Below, piece after piece: positions 40,564 through 51,378 of a stretch of 64,000 nucleotides of DNA. Under the pieces are notes generated by a model. The model made no database searches, was not told the DNA's origin, and saw only the letters and a program-made list of their open reading frames with translations. Both the position numbers and the translations under genes were made by a program. This DNA is from an uncultured Planctomycetaceae bacterium (GTDB taxonomy: Bacteria; Planctomycetota; Planctomycetia; Isosphaerales; Isosphaeraceae): contig CAWIAD010000001.1 in assembly GCA_963833985.1 (NCBI GenBank), positions 192,001-256,000 of the forward strand, read 5' to 3'. The stretch's first letter is position 1. Each line of letters opens with the position of its first letter.

Positions 40564-43482
40564 ATGAGCCTTGCCGGACGCGCCGACGATCTCGAGCGAA
40601 CGCTGCACGATTGTTTCGCCCTGGAGCGGTTCCGGCCGGGCCAGCGCGAGGTCATCGAGCGCGTGCTCGGCGGCCGCGACGTGCTCTGCGTGATGCCCAC
40701 GGGAGGCGGCAAGAGCCTCTGTTACCAGTTGCCGGCCATGCTCCTGCCGGGTGTCACGCTGGTCATCAGCCCGCTCATCGCGCTCATGAAGGACCAGGTT
40801 GACGTGCTCAACCAGCGGCACCTGCCGGCCACGCTGATCAACAGCAGCCTCGACCCGGCCGATCAGTGGGCGCGGATGCAGGACGTGGAGGCTGGCAGGT
40901 ACCGACTCGTCTACGTGGCGCCGGAACGCTTTCGCAGCACCCGGTTCCTGGCCATCATGGCGCACATCAAGCCCAGTCTGCTGGCCGTGGACGAGGCCCA
41001 CTGCATCAGCGAGTGGGGGCACGACTTTCGCCCGGACTACGCTCGCCTGGGGCAAGCCCGCATTCGCCTTGGCTCACCCCCCTGCATCGCACTGACGGCA
41101 ACGGCCACAGACGCGGTCCGGCGCGACATCGCCCATCAGCTCGCGCTCCGCGACCCGGAGCTCTTCATCAGCGGGTTCGACCGGCCCAACCTGAGCTATG
41201 CCGCCGTCGAGGCCGGCCGCGACGAGGCCAAGCTGCACGAGCTGCAACGGGCGCTCGATGAGAATCCGGGGCCGGCGATCGTTTACGCTTCGAGCCGGGC
41301 GCGGTGTGAGAGCGTCGCGGAGTTTCTCTCAGACGAGCTGCGCAGGGAGGTGGTGGTGTACCATGCTGGGTTGACCCGGGAGCAGCGGACCGCGGCACAG
41401 GAGCGGTTCATGCAGGGCGACGCCGAGATCGTGGTGGCCACCAACGCCTTCGGGATGGGCGTGGACAAGGCCGAGATCCGCTCGGTTGTCCACTTCAACA
41501 TGCCCGGGACTCTGGAGGCCTACTACCAGGAGGCCGGACGGGCGGGCCGCGACGGATTGCCCGCGCGTTGCCTGCTGCTCTATTCACCCGCCGATCGCTT
41601 CCTGCAAGAACACTTCATCGAAAACGAATACCCCCCGCGCCACGCCATCTACCAGGTGTATGACTTTCTCAGGAAGCTTGATGACGATCCCATCGAGATG
41701 ACGCACACCCGGATCCGCGAGGCCGCCGGCCTGGATCTGAGCGATTCCGCGGTGGGAACCGTGCTCAAGATCCTCGACAAGTTCGGCGCGATCGAGAAGT
41801 TTCTGCCCCGCGAGAACATGGCGATCATTCGCTTCGCCGAGGAACCGGACGAGCCGGCGGCCGCGGGGCGCGCACGCCTGGTGGATCGGCTCAGCCCGCA
41901 AGCGACCGTGCAGCGCCAGGTGCTGGCCGGACTGGAGAGCCTGGTCCGGGACCGCTACGGCGAATCGGTCTACTTCCGGCCCGACGTGCTCGCGGAGTCG
42001 CTGGGGCTCGACCGCGCGGCCCTGGCGCGCGCCCTCAAGGCGCTGCGCGCCGAGCTGCCCATCGATTACATCCCGCCGTTTCGCGGCAATGCCATCCGGG
42101 TGATCGACCGGGCGTGCAAGCCGCGCGACCTCAAGATCGATTTCGCCGCTCTCGAAAAACGCAAGGAGAACGAGTACGCCAAGCTCGAGCGGATGGTTCA
42201 GTATTGCCGCCTCCGGCAGTGCCGGCGATCGCACATCCTGAGATACTTCGGCGAGGGATCAGCGCGAGGTGTTCAGTGCGGAGGGTGCGACAACTGCCAG
42301 CCGGCCGGTTCCCGTTCACGCACCCAACCGGCAAGGCCGGCGATCGACACCCCGGGCGGCCGCGAGCTCCTCCTGAAGATCCTCTCCGGCGTGGCCCGCG
42401 TGAAGGGGCGGTTCGGCAAGATCGCCATCGCCCAGATGCTCACCGGGTCGGGATCGGAGCGGATGGCGAAAGGAAGGCTCGACCAGCTCACAACCTTCGG
42501 CATCCTTCGCGACGCCGGATTCACGCGCAAGGAGGTCTCGGACATCATCGATGCCCTGGCCGTGGCGGGGCTCGTGGAGAGCCAGGAAGTCGACCGGTCA
42601 CGGCCGGTGGTCAACCTCACGGAGATGGGCTGGCAATGGCTCAAAAGCCGCGGGCCCGAGGCGCTGGTGCTGAGTCTTCCGGCGGAGTTGCTGGACCGCA
42701 TCCGCCAGTCGGGCAGCCGGAGCGGCCCGGAGCCAGGGACCGAACGCACCCCGCCGGGCGACCGCCTGGCGCCGGCTCCAGCGGAAGGGCCGTCCGGCAG
42801 CCGGCCCGCCGAGGCTCCCGGCGACCCGGGGACCGATTCGCTGCGATCCCGGTTGAAGGCCCTGAGGGTGGAGCTGGCCCGGGCGCTCAAGCAGCCGGCT
42901 TACTGCGTCTTCACCGACGAGACCCTCGAGGCGCTGGTGAGCCGCCGGCCCGTGACACCGGCCGACCTGGCCGGCATCAAGGGACTCGGACGCGCCCGCG
43001 TCGAGCGGCACGGCGCCGTCTTGCTCCAGGTGATCGCCGGCGCGGCGCCGGCTGCGATACTCCCGGCGGCGGAAAGCGGTCCTGAGCCCGCAGGCAAGAC
43101 CGAGAGGGCCATGCGCGAGCCGGCCGGCGCGACCGCTCCCCCGGAGGTCACCTCTGAGCCGCAACAGGCGGAGACCCCGGTTGCCCCGAAGCCCGCGAGC
43201 ACGTACGTGGCCACCGAGGAATGGACCCTTCGCCTCGTCGAACGCGGCTTCGGCATCGCCGAGGCCGCGGCGATCCGCGGGCTCGATCCGGCCGTCATCG
43301 TCCGCCACCTCACCTGGATGGTCCGCGGTGGCCGCCCCTTCAGGATCGAGATGGTCCTACCAGCGGAGACCATCTCTCGCTGGGATGACTGGCGGCGGGC
43401 TCACGGCGATGCCGCGCCCGTCGAACCCGAGGCAACCCTCCCTCTCTGGCCGCTGTTCCTGGCGTGCCGTAAGGCTCAATAA
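40564..43482 (+). CDS. recQ: ATP-dependent DNA helicase RecQ with RQC and HRDC domains
   Basis: MPTGGGKSLCYQLP; VDEAHCISEWGHDFRP; ATNAFGMGVDK; YYQEAGRAGRDG; CRR...CGGCDNC; PAYCVF. Confidence 0.95.
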   Translation: MSLAGRADDLERTLHDCFALERFRPGQREVIERVLGGRDVLCVMPTGGGKSLCYQLPAMLLPGVTLVISPLIALMKDQVDVLNQRHLPATLINSSLDPADQWARMQDVEAGRYRLVYVAPERFRSTRFLAIMAHIKPSLLAVDEAHCISEWGHDFRPDYARLGQARIRLGSPPCIALTATATDAVRRDIAHQLALRDPELFISGFDRPNLSYAAVEAGRDEAKLHELQRALDENPGPAIVYASSRARCESVAEFLSDELRREVVVYHAGLTREQRTAAQERFMQGDAEIVVATNAFGMGVDKAEIRSVVHFNMPGTLEAYYQEAGRAGRDGLPARCLLLYSPADRFLQEHFIENEYPPRHAIYQVYDFLRKLDDDPIEMTHTRIREAAGLDLSDSAVGTVLKILDKFGAIEKFLPRENMAIIRFAEEPDEPAAAGRARLVDRLSPQATVQRQVLAGLESLVRDRYGESVYFRPDVLAESLGLDRAALARALKALRAELPIDYIPPFRGNAIRVIDRACKPRDLKIDFAALEKRKENEYAKLERMVQYCRLRQCRRSHILRYFGEGSARGVQCGGCDNCQPAGSRSRTQPARPAIDTPGGRELLLKILSGVARVKGRFGKIAIAQMLTGSGSERMAKGRLDQLTTFGILRDAGFTRKEVSDIIDALAVAGLVESQEVDRSRPVVNLTEMGWQWLKSRGPEALVLSLPAELLDRIRQSGSRSGPEPGTERTPPGDRLAPAPAEGPSGSRPAEAPGDPGTDSLRSRLKALRVELARALKQPAYCVFTDETLEALVSRRPVTPADLAGIKGLGRARVERHGAVLLQVIAGAAPAAILPAAESGPEPAGKTERAMREPAGATAPPEVTSEPQQAETPVAPKPASTYVATEEWTLRLVERGFGIAEAAAIRGLDPAVIVRHLTWMVRGGRPFRIEMVLPAETISRWDDWRRAHGDAAPVEPEATLPLWPLFLACRKAQ

Positions 43483-43525
43483 ACTTACATGATTTGTAAT
43501 ATAATTTAATAATGTCATGATCCTC
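43483..43525. promoter_or_regulatory. AT-rich putative promoter/operator upstream of the RAPP-leader-DUF1559 unit
   Basis: CATGAtttgtaatataatttaataatgTCATG: strongly AT-rich, contains TATAAT, flanked by a short inverted repeat. Confidence 0.4.
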
Positions 43526-43673
43526 CGATCATGGCCTGCTCGGGATCAGGGCACTTTTCAGGGCGGATGCAATTGACAACGCGGGTGCGATTCGCCCAAG
43601 ATCAAGTGTTGCTGCGTCAGCTTGCGTGAACGCGCTGGTTGGACCGTCCGCCAGACTGTGACATCCGGACTCG

Positions 43674-44024
43674 ATGACCGTGATCCGATCCCGAGCGGCC
43701 AGATTCCTGCTGGCCTCCATTCTTGTCTTTTACGGCGTCGTCACCCTGAGCGGGCCGGCGCTGCATGGCCTTCCCGGCCTGGGACACCGTTCCTCCGGGT
43801 GGGCCACCGAGCAGGCTACCGCGCCTGGCCACGGCGAGCACGATGGCACGACGGTGCATGATTGCCCCATCTGCCATTTTCACACTCAGGGACAGCTCTC
43901 CACGGGCTCCGACGGCGGAGCCTGCATCGAACTGCTGCTCGATCGCGCCGTGGAGGAACCACAACTCCCCCGTGCCTGCCTGATCACGCGCCCCTCCAGC
44001 CCCCGTGCTCCACCTCTCTCGTGA
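43674..44024 (+). CDS. DUF2946-like leader protein (CruR/CutF type)
   Basis: N-terminal hydrophobic segment, His-rich linker, HDCPICHFH, C-terminal SPRAPPLS. Confidence 0.8.
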   Translation: MTVIRSRAARFLLASILVFYGVVTLSGPALHGLPGLGHRSSGWATEQATAPGHGEHDGTTVHDCPICHFHTQGQLSTGSDGGACIELLLDRAVEEPQLPRACLITRPSSPRAPPLS

Positions 44025-44396
44025 ACCCGGACAGCCCGCGCAACGGCATCCTCGCACGGCAGCCCGGCGCCGGTAATCCGTGCCGGTTCCTTGACCTCCA
44101 GCGGCACTGTGCCACCAGGGCCAACAACCGCCCTGCCGCCGGGACACTGCGGGACTGATTGCGGCTCCATCGATCCTGGACCGGTGGAAAGCGCATCCGC
44201 CGCTCGCCGTCGCATCGCTCTCCACGGCCGCACCCTCATCGACTCGGGGTTCGCGGCACCCGATCAACCGGTGCTTCCGCGTTACTCCCCGGAGCCGAGG
44301 TTCACGATACATCCCCCATGCCGGCCGCACTTGCGTTCCAGGCGGTCGAGACCATATCCATGACGCTTCACTGCTTCGAAATAAGGATAAACACAC

Positions 44397-45448
44397 ATGA
44401 AATACAGTCAATCGAGAAAGTCGCCGGGGTTCACGCTCATCGAGCTGCTGGTGGTCATTGCCATCATCGCCGTACTCATTTCCCTGTTGCTGCCCGCCGT
44501 CCAATCGGCACGCGAGGCGGCCAGGCGCGCCACCTGCGTGAACAACCTCAAGCAGATTGGTCTGGCACTGGCCAACTACGAACAGGCTCTGGCCGTTTTT
44601 CCGCCCGGATATGTCAGCACGATCAATCTTTCCGTGGTGGATCCCTGCGATTTCGACCAGGAGTTGGGCAACGGCGTCGATCTGGGAACGGGGTGGGCAT
44701 GGGGAAGCATGATCCTGCCTTTCCTCGAGCAGCAGAATGTCTACAGTTCCATCAACTTCAATCTTTCGGTGGCCTACGCCGCTAACGACACGTGCAGTTT
44801 GACCGCGCTGAGCGTTTTCCTCTGTCCCTCTGACGACGGGCCCTCGGTCGTGCCGGTGTTCGACGATCCTCCCGATCCGGCCAACCCCGGCAGCTACAGC
44901 GGCACGCACATCGTGGATACGGTGTCGCGCGGCAACTACGTCGGCATGTGGGGCCTGGGCGAGCTCTGCGCCCAGTCGGGAGCGAACGATGCGATGAACA
45001 ACAACGGACTGGGCCCGCTCGGCCAGCACGCCGGCATCTTTTACCGCAACAGCGCGACCAAGGTCTCCGCCATCACCGACGGCACCAGCAACACGATCTC
45101 GGTCGGCGAGCGCAGCCACAATCTGAGCTACGTCACGTGGGTGGCGCGGTCGATCAACGGCTGGCTGGGCAAGACATCGCTGGTGGAGGGCGGCACCGAC
45201 CAGTTCAACCCCTCGCCCGAGGAAGCCTGGACGCAGGTCATGGGGCCATGCGGCCTTGAGGATGGCCTCCGGACGATCAACAATCCGGAGGCGCACGTCG
45301 AGGACTACTGGAGCCGGCATGCCGGTGGTGCCAACATGCTCTTCGCCGACGGATCGGTGCATTTTCTCAAAGCGTCGATCAGCCCGATTCCCTGGCGCCG
45401 CTGGCGACGCGGGCATCCGGAGAGGTGATCTCGGCCGATAGCTACTGA
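44397..45448 (+). CDS. DUF1559 prepilin-type protein; frameshift near 45398
   Basis: [14 protein letters not shown]...AREAARR; ITDGTSNT; SRHAGGANMLFADGSVHF; the tail LATRASGEVISADSY* lies in another frame. Confidence 0.93.
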
Positions 45449-45507
45449 CCAGGCCAGGCCAGGACTGGCCCGCTCCCGCCAGCCAGGCTGTCGGCAGCGG
45501 GCCCGGA

Positions 45508-46323
45508 TCAGGGCTCGTGGAGATAACCGGTGCCCGCGGCGAAGAACTCGGTCGTCCTGCGCGGTATGGTCCGGCCGGCGGCGCGCCTGGCACTCGCGGC
45601 AGGTTCGCGGCCGGCCGGGCCGAACGGTCTGGTCGTGCGGCCGTTCCAGTTCGCTCCCATCACCGCCGGCTCGGATTCCAGATGGATGGCGATGATCTCC
45701 GGAATCAAAACCCGATCAGGCCGCGACCACTGGAGGCCGTGCAAGAGGTCTGTGTGCTCGGCACCGCCGTCGTTGGTGGTCGGGTAGCGGGTGATGTTCG
45801 ACTGCCGGTTCCACATCTGGAAGAAGCCGATCGGCACGTACCCCCCGTAATCATAGTGGGAAAGCCGCGTGCCCATCGGCCATCCGCCCGGCGGCTGGAT
45901 CAGGTAGTGTTTCTGCCCGCCCAGACCCTTCGTCCGTTGCTCCTGCCACGCGTCCCACGTAGGGCAATTGACGCGGTCCACGCCGTGGATGGCGTGCTTC
46001 CGCAGTTCGGCGTTCTCGATGAGCTTGCGGAAGTTGCCGGGAAGGATCGTGTCCGCGTCGATGTGGATCATCCAGTCGGAGCACCTCAGATGTGCAAGAC
46101 CGAGGTTGATCGCGAGCGCCTTGTTGAACGGAGCGTTGTGCTTCTGGAAATACGGACAGAAGACCGTCCGCACCCCGTGGCGCTCGCAGACGCGGAGGGT
46201 GGCATCGTCTTCCTGGCACGTCACCACCACCCAGTCGTCGAAATGGGGCTGGTTGGCTGGAATCGCATGCTCCAGAAAATCCGCATAGTCGAGACAGACT
46301 GTCACGGCTTCGAACCGGCTCAT
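45508..46323 (-). CDS. GT-A fold (family 2-like) glycosyltransferase
   Basis: VTVCLDYADFL; FNKALAINLGL; WMIHIDADTIL; IGFFQMW. Confidence 0.75.
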   Translation of the reverse strand: MSRFEAVTVCLDYADFLEHAIPANQPHFDDWVVVTCQEDDATLRVCERHGVRTVFCPYFQKHNAPFNKALAINLGLAHLRCSDWMIHIDADTILPGNFRKLIENAELRKHAIHGVDRVNCPTWDAWQEQRTKGLGGQKHYLIQPPGGWPMGTRLSHYDYGGYVPIGFFQMWNRQSNITRYPTTNDGGAEHTDLLHGLQWSRPDRVLIPEIIAIHLESEPAVMGANWNGRTTRPFGPAGREPAASARRAAGRTIPRRTTEFFAAGTGYLHEP

Positions 46324-46514
46324 CAGCGAGCTCTCCCGGGGAGATGCTGGCTGGCGGCTCGACCCGGCCCGGCAGTGCGCCCTGAGCCAGAAGATGCGTG
46401 CCCTGGCCGGGAGATGCTCACCGTGAGACCTCCGGCCGCCCTTCCCTCCCATTCTTAGATTGTCACGTGCGCGGCGGATTCAGAAAAAAAGACAGCCGTG
46501 GCGGGATCGATTCT

Positions 46515-47877
46515 TCAGCGTGGCGGTGCATCCTGACCCAGCAAGTGCAGTAGCGTCGACCGCCTTCCCGCTGCCTCGGCGGGCAAGGTCTGATCGGTGT
46601 GAAGCCATTGGACCTGACCGGTTCTGCGGACTTTCCGGACAAGCTCCAGGAGCGTTGCGTCCTGCTCCAAGAGGCTCGACGTAAGCCGGAACCTGGTTGG
46701 GATCGTTGATGGGAACATGGCCGAGGATCTTCCGCTGCCCGTCGCTGTCGATCTCGAAGCTGCGGGCGTCCATGACGAAACCGGCGGGAAAGGATTGATC
46801 CCCCTTGAAGCGCCACCGCGCGTGATCGGGACCGGCGATCAAGCCGGTTGTCTCCGCGATGGTTCCGGGGAGCCGAAGGTCGAACACGAAGAGCGGATCC
46901 CCGCTGGCGAAGAGGCTGAGTGGTAAGTTATAGGGACCGGTCATCTGGAAGATACGGGGTGCGATCTGGTTCTTGAAGGAGGGCTCCAGCGGGTTGAGAT
47001 AAGCATCCCAGCGTTTGGTGAAACGCCCGCTGTTGCTGGTGTCGAGGATGGATTGAATCTCGAGATCGGTGAGGCGGCCGCCGTCGCGATGCCGCAGACC
47101 CAGGGCGATGCGATGGCGCAGGAACACGAGGCATCGTTTCTGAGCATCCTCTCCACCGGCGACGTTTCCTGCCGGGTCCAGGAGATCGAGCCCGAACTGC
47201 CGGCCCAGAACGGCGTACGCGGCGAGTTGCTCGTCGCCTGGGATGTGCCGGGCCATGGTGTCGTAGAAGATCAGCGACGCTTGCTCCAGGAACCGGCGGC
47301 CGTCGCCCTGACAGTAGCCAACCAGGCTGCGCACGTCGTAATCCGGTCCGTAGACCTGCTCGATGCCCTGAACCAGCAAGGGCATCACAAGCTTCAGTAG
47401 CTCGTCACGCGCCTTCAGGAACCGCTCGCGGGTCACGAAGTTCGTCAGGGTCTCCCGGAAGCGGTGCTCGCGGACGAAGCCGTAGTCGATCACCTCATAA
47501 GAGCGCGCCAGCTCACTGGCACCAAGCTCGGGGCTTGCCTGGGCGGGAGCACGGAAATGAGCCGGGATCTCGGCAATGCACGCGAACTTTCCACGGGCAG
47601 AGAAATACGCATGCCCGTCGCTGGCTTGCTGCATGCGGCGGTCCTGCCCCAGTTCCGGGGGGATCGACGTTTGTTCGAAGGAGGTCCACCGCGCCTTCCA
47701 TGCGGGCTGAAGCGCGCCTGCGGGCAGCAGATCGTCCTTCGGCTGCCAGATGGTCCGATCGCACGAGCCGTCGGCATGGATGACGGTCTCCACCTGGACC
47801 ACCGGGGCGGCGTTGCAGCCGCAGGCGGCAGCCAGAGCAGCTACGGCCAGAAGCCGCAACCAGGCGCGGGAGTTCAT
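46515..47877 (-). CDS. Hypothetical lipoprotein; probable frameshift near 46670
   Basis: MNSRAWLRLLAVAALAAACGC lipobox; a more protein-like C-terminus (LLEQDATLLELVRKV...) lies in the 46515-46718 frame. Confidence 0.7.
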
Positions 47878-48155
47878 GTGACCTCCGGCGGTGAAGGCCG
47901 GCCTGAACAGGGCTGAGGCGAGACGAGACGAGCTGGTCTGATTCTGTCCGCGTCTCGTCCCGGCTGTCCACCACAAATGCGCTGCAAGCCGGTGATCCGG
48001 GCTCACGGTTTCGCGCGGCCTTGACTTTCCGCGACATCGACCGGTTTTGCCTTGCTCTCCGGCCGCCAGAGGAGCATACTCCGGGTAGCGGGTTCCTACC
48101 TCTTACCCGCGATCGACGCGCCAGCGCCGAGTATCTCTGGTCAAAGGATCGTACC

Positions 48156-49178
48156 ATGGCGGAACGAACTGATCGGCGTCATTTCATGAGTTCAGCAATG
48201 CTGGGCACGGCGGGCGCAGGCGCCCTGCTGAGCCTGGAGGAGAAGAGCCTTCAGGCCGCCCTCGCTGACAAGACTCCAGCACCGGTGCCGCACCATGCCG
48301 CGTACCACGGGGAGACGCTGGCAACCGGCAAGATCGGCAAGCTGCCAGTCAGCCGGCTGCTGCTCGGCGGCAACCTGATCGGCGGCTACGCCCACAGCCG
48401 CGACCTGCTCTACGTCTCACGCCTGCTACGCGAATACAACACCGACAGCAAGATTTTTGAAACCTTCGAACTGGCTGAAGAGTCTGGCGTGAACATGATC
48501 CAGGTTTCACCAGGATCGGTGGAATACGTTGTGCGTTACCGCAAGGAGCGAGGCGGCAAGTTGCAGATGATGGTCTGCATGGACGTGGACCAGTCGGACG
48601 CGGCGAAGGTGAAGGCCCAGGTTCGCGAGCTGGTCGACAAGGGTGCCGAGACGCTCTACACTCACGGCGAGCGGACGGACCGCCAGGTGATGGCCGGCCA
48701 GATTGACACGGTGGCTCGCGCGCTCGAGATCATGAAGAGCGCGGGGGTGCCCGCGGGCATCGGCAGCCACTCGCTGGAAACACCAATGGCCAGCGAGAAG
48801 CACGGGCTGAATCCGGACTACTACGTCAAGACCTTCCATCCCGACAATTACTGGTCGGCGACTCCTGCCGAAAAGCGCGAGGAGTGGTGCTGGTACAACG
48901 GATCGACGCCCGATCACGATCATTACCATGACAACATCTTCGACCTTCACCCAGACCGCACGGCTGCGTTCATGAAGAGCGTCGAGCGCCCCTGGGTGGC
49001 ATTCAAGGTGATGGCCGCCGGTGCCATCCCCGCGCAGATCGGCATCAATCATGCCTTCCAGCACGGTGCCGATTTCGTCATCGCCGGCATGTTCGATTTT
49101 CAGCTTGCCGCCGACGTGGAGATCGTGGTCAAGGCGCTGAAGCGAACCAGGCTCCGCGAGCGGCCGTGGCGCGCCTGA
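48156..49178 (+). CDS. Tat-exported aldo/keto-reductase-like TIM-barrel protein
   Basis: TDRRHFM twin-arginine signal; VSRLLLGGN; GIGSHSL; AFKVMAAGAI. Confidence 0.75.
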   Translation: MAERTDRRHFMSSAMLGTAGAGALLSLEEKSLQAALADKTPAPVPHHAAYHGETLATGKIGKLPVSRLLLGGNLIGGYAHSRDLLYVSRLLREYNTDSKIFETFELAEESGVNMIQVSPGSVEYVVRYRKERGGKLQMMVCMDVDQSDAAKVKAQVRELVDKGAETLYTHGERTDRQVMAGQIDTVARALEIMKSAGVPAGIGSHSLETPMASEKHGLNPDYYVKTFHPDNYWSATPAEKREEWCWYNGSTPDHDHYHDNIFDLHPDRTAAFMKSVERPWVAFKVMAAGAIPAQIGINHAFQHGADFVIAGMFDFQLAADVEIVVKALKRTRLRERPWRA

Positions 49179-49220
49179 TCCGGCTCTTCTCATGGGGTCA
49201 AGGCCGTTTCATCAACGACG

Positions 49221-50690
49221 ATGAAGAACTCCTGGAACGGTGGTCGCGTCCTGGTGATCGATGACGATATCGACGCCAGGGCGCACCTGCGCGAGATCCT
49301 GGAGCTGGACCAGCATCACGTGGTGACGGCCGCATCGCTGAGCGAGGCGCTCTTGCTGTCGACGATTGCCGACAGCGAGGTCATCATCCTTGACCGCCGC
49401 CTGCCCGACGGCAACGCTCTGGACTTTCTTCCAGGGCTGCTGCGGCGCGTTCCCTCCTCGGAGGTGATGATCGTGACCGCCCTTTCCGATCTGGACGGTG
49501 CCATCGAGGCCCTGCGTCAGGGTGCGGCCGATTACATCGTGAAGCCGATCGACCCGGAGACCCTCCGCTTCCGCACCCAGCGCCTGATCGAGCAGCACCG
49601 GCTGACCCTGGCCCGCGCTCGAGGCGATTCTCTGTTCCGCAACCTGGTCGAGGCCGCCGAGTGCATGATCGTCATGCTCCGTCCCCGCGACCACGCCATT
49701 CTCTACTTCAGCCCATACGCCGAGCAGCTCACCGGCTACGCGGCAGCCGACGTGCTGGGCAAGAGCTTCCTCGATCTGCTCGTCACCGAGGACGACCGCA
49801 CGCGGCTGGCCGCCAGCGAGCACGCGGCCCTGGCGGGTTTTCCACAGCGCGCGATCGAGAGACAGATCCGCTGTCGCGACGGCCGCCTGCGTCCGATGGT
49901 GGGAAATCTTCGCTGCCTGCCCGACTATGATGGCTCACCGGCCCTGCTCATCGTCGACCACGATATCACCGAGCTCAAGCAGGCGCAGCAGCGGGCCCTC
50001 AACGTCGAGCGGCTGGCCGCCATCGGTCAGATGTGCGCGGGGCTGGCTCACGAGAGCCGCAATGCCCTGCAACGCAGCCAGGCATGCCTGGAGATGCTCG
50101 CCCTGAAGCTCAACGACCGGCCGGATGCGCTGGGCCTGATCGGCCGCATCCAGCAAGCTCAGGACGATCTGCACCGGCTCTATGAGGATGTCCGCGAGTA
50201 CGCTGCGCCGATCAAACTGGTGCTGCGCGATTGTGATCTGTGCGAGATCTGGCGGCGGGCATGGTCGAACCTGGAACCGTTCCGGGCCGGCAAGCAGGCG
50301 AAGCTCCGCGAGCCGGTTGCGGAAATTCACCTGGCCTGTCAGGCCGACCCGTTCCGGCTCGAGCAGGTGTTTCGCAACATTCTGGACAATGCGCTGTGCG
50401 CCCGCGACGATGACGTCGAGATCACGATCTCCGGAACGGAAATCTGGCTCGACGGCCGCCCCGCGGTCCAGCTCTCCATCTCCGACAATGGACCGGGCGT
50501 GAACCCGGATCAGCACGACAAGATTTTTGAGACGTTCTATACCACGAAGACCCGTGGGACGGGCCTGGGACTGGCCATCGTCAAGCGCATCGTGGAGGCT
50601 CACGGCGGCCGGATCTGGCTCGATGCCACGGGGCATGAAGGCGCTGAGATCATCCTGACGCTGCCCCGACAGCAAGGAGCCGGCCCATGA
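49221..50690 (+). CDS. Hybrid sensor histidine kinase (REC-PAS-HisKA-HATPase)
   Basis: VLVIDDD, ILDRRLPDG, KP; PAS domain; GLAHESRNALQ; N box, DNGPG, GTGLGL. Confidence 0.93.
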   Translation: MKNSWNGGRVLVIDDDIDARAHLREILELDQHHVVTAASLSEALLLSTIADSEVIILDRRLPDGNALDFLPGLLRRVPSSEVMIVTALSDLDGAIEALRQGAADYIVKPIDPETLRFRTQRLIEQHRLTLARARGDSLFRNLVEAAECMIVMLRPRDHAILYFSPYAEQLTGYAAADVLGKSFLDLLVTEDDRTRLAASEHAALAGFPQRAIERQIRCRDGRLRPMVGNLRCLPDYDGSPALLIVDHDITELKQAQQRALNVERLAAIGQMCAGLAHESRNALQRSQACLEMLALKLNDRPDALGLIGRIQQAQDDLHRLYEDVREYAAPIKLVLRDCDLCEIWRRAWSNLEPFRAGKQAKLREPVAEIHLACQADPFRLEQVFRNILDNALCARDDDVEITISGTEIWLDGRPAVQLSISDNGPGVNPDQHDKIFETFYTTKTRGTGLGLAIVKRIVEAHGGRIWLDATGHEGAEIILTLPRQQGAGP

Positions 50691-51337
50691 CCCGTCACCT
50701 GCGGATCGCCGTGGCCGATGACGAGCTCGATATGCGTGATTACCTCCAGGCGATCCTGCCCAGCCTGGGCCACCACGTGGTTGCCGTGGCCAGCACTGGT
50801 AGCGAGTTGGTGCGGCTCGCGCTCGAGCACCATCCCGACCTCATCATCGCCGACATCAAGATGCCCGACCTGGACGGCATCGAGGCAGCAAGCCAGATCT
50901 ACAAGCACTCGCCGACTCCGGCCATCATCGTCTCGGCGTACCATGACCATGACCTCGTGCAGCGTGCCGAGGAAGACCACATCCTGGCCTTCCTGGTCAA
51001 GCCGATCAAGCAGGCCGACCTCGAACCGGCCATCGCCATCACCATGCGGCGTTTCGAGCAGTTTCAGGCATTGCGGCAGGAAGCGTCCGACCTCCGGCAG
51101 GCGCTCGAGGATCGAAAACTGATCGAGAAAGCCAAGGGACTCCTGATGAAGCGCGCCGCTCTCGATGAGAACGAAGCGTTCCGCCGCCTGCAAAAGCTTG
51201 CCAGTGAGCGCAATCGCAGGCTGGTCGACGTGGCGGCCATGATCCTCACGGCCGAGGAAGCCTATCAGCCGGCGGAACGCGGCCGCGACAAGGACAAGGA
51301 GAAGGATCGATCCGGACCAAGGCACGCACCCGGCTGA
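50687..51337 (+). CDS. ANTAR-domain response regulator (RNA-binding antiterminator)
   Basis: REC (ADDE, DIKMP, KP) plus LEDRKLIEKAKGLLM...ENEAFRRLQKLA. Confidence 0.93.
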   Translation: MTRHLRIAVADDELDMRDYLQAILPSLGHHVVAVASTGSELVRLALEHHPDLIIADIKMPDLDGIEAASQIYKHSPTPAIIVSAYHDHDLVQRAEEDHILAFLVKPIKQADLEPAIAITMRRFEQFQALRQEASDLRQALEDRKLIEKAKGLLMKRAALDENEAFRRLQKLASERNRRLVDVAAMILTAEEAYQPAERGRDKDKEKDRSGPRHAPG

Positions 51338-51378
51338 AAGACCGCCTCGATGCTCGCTCCAGGGCCGTGCGCGGAGCG

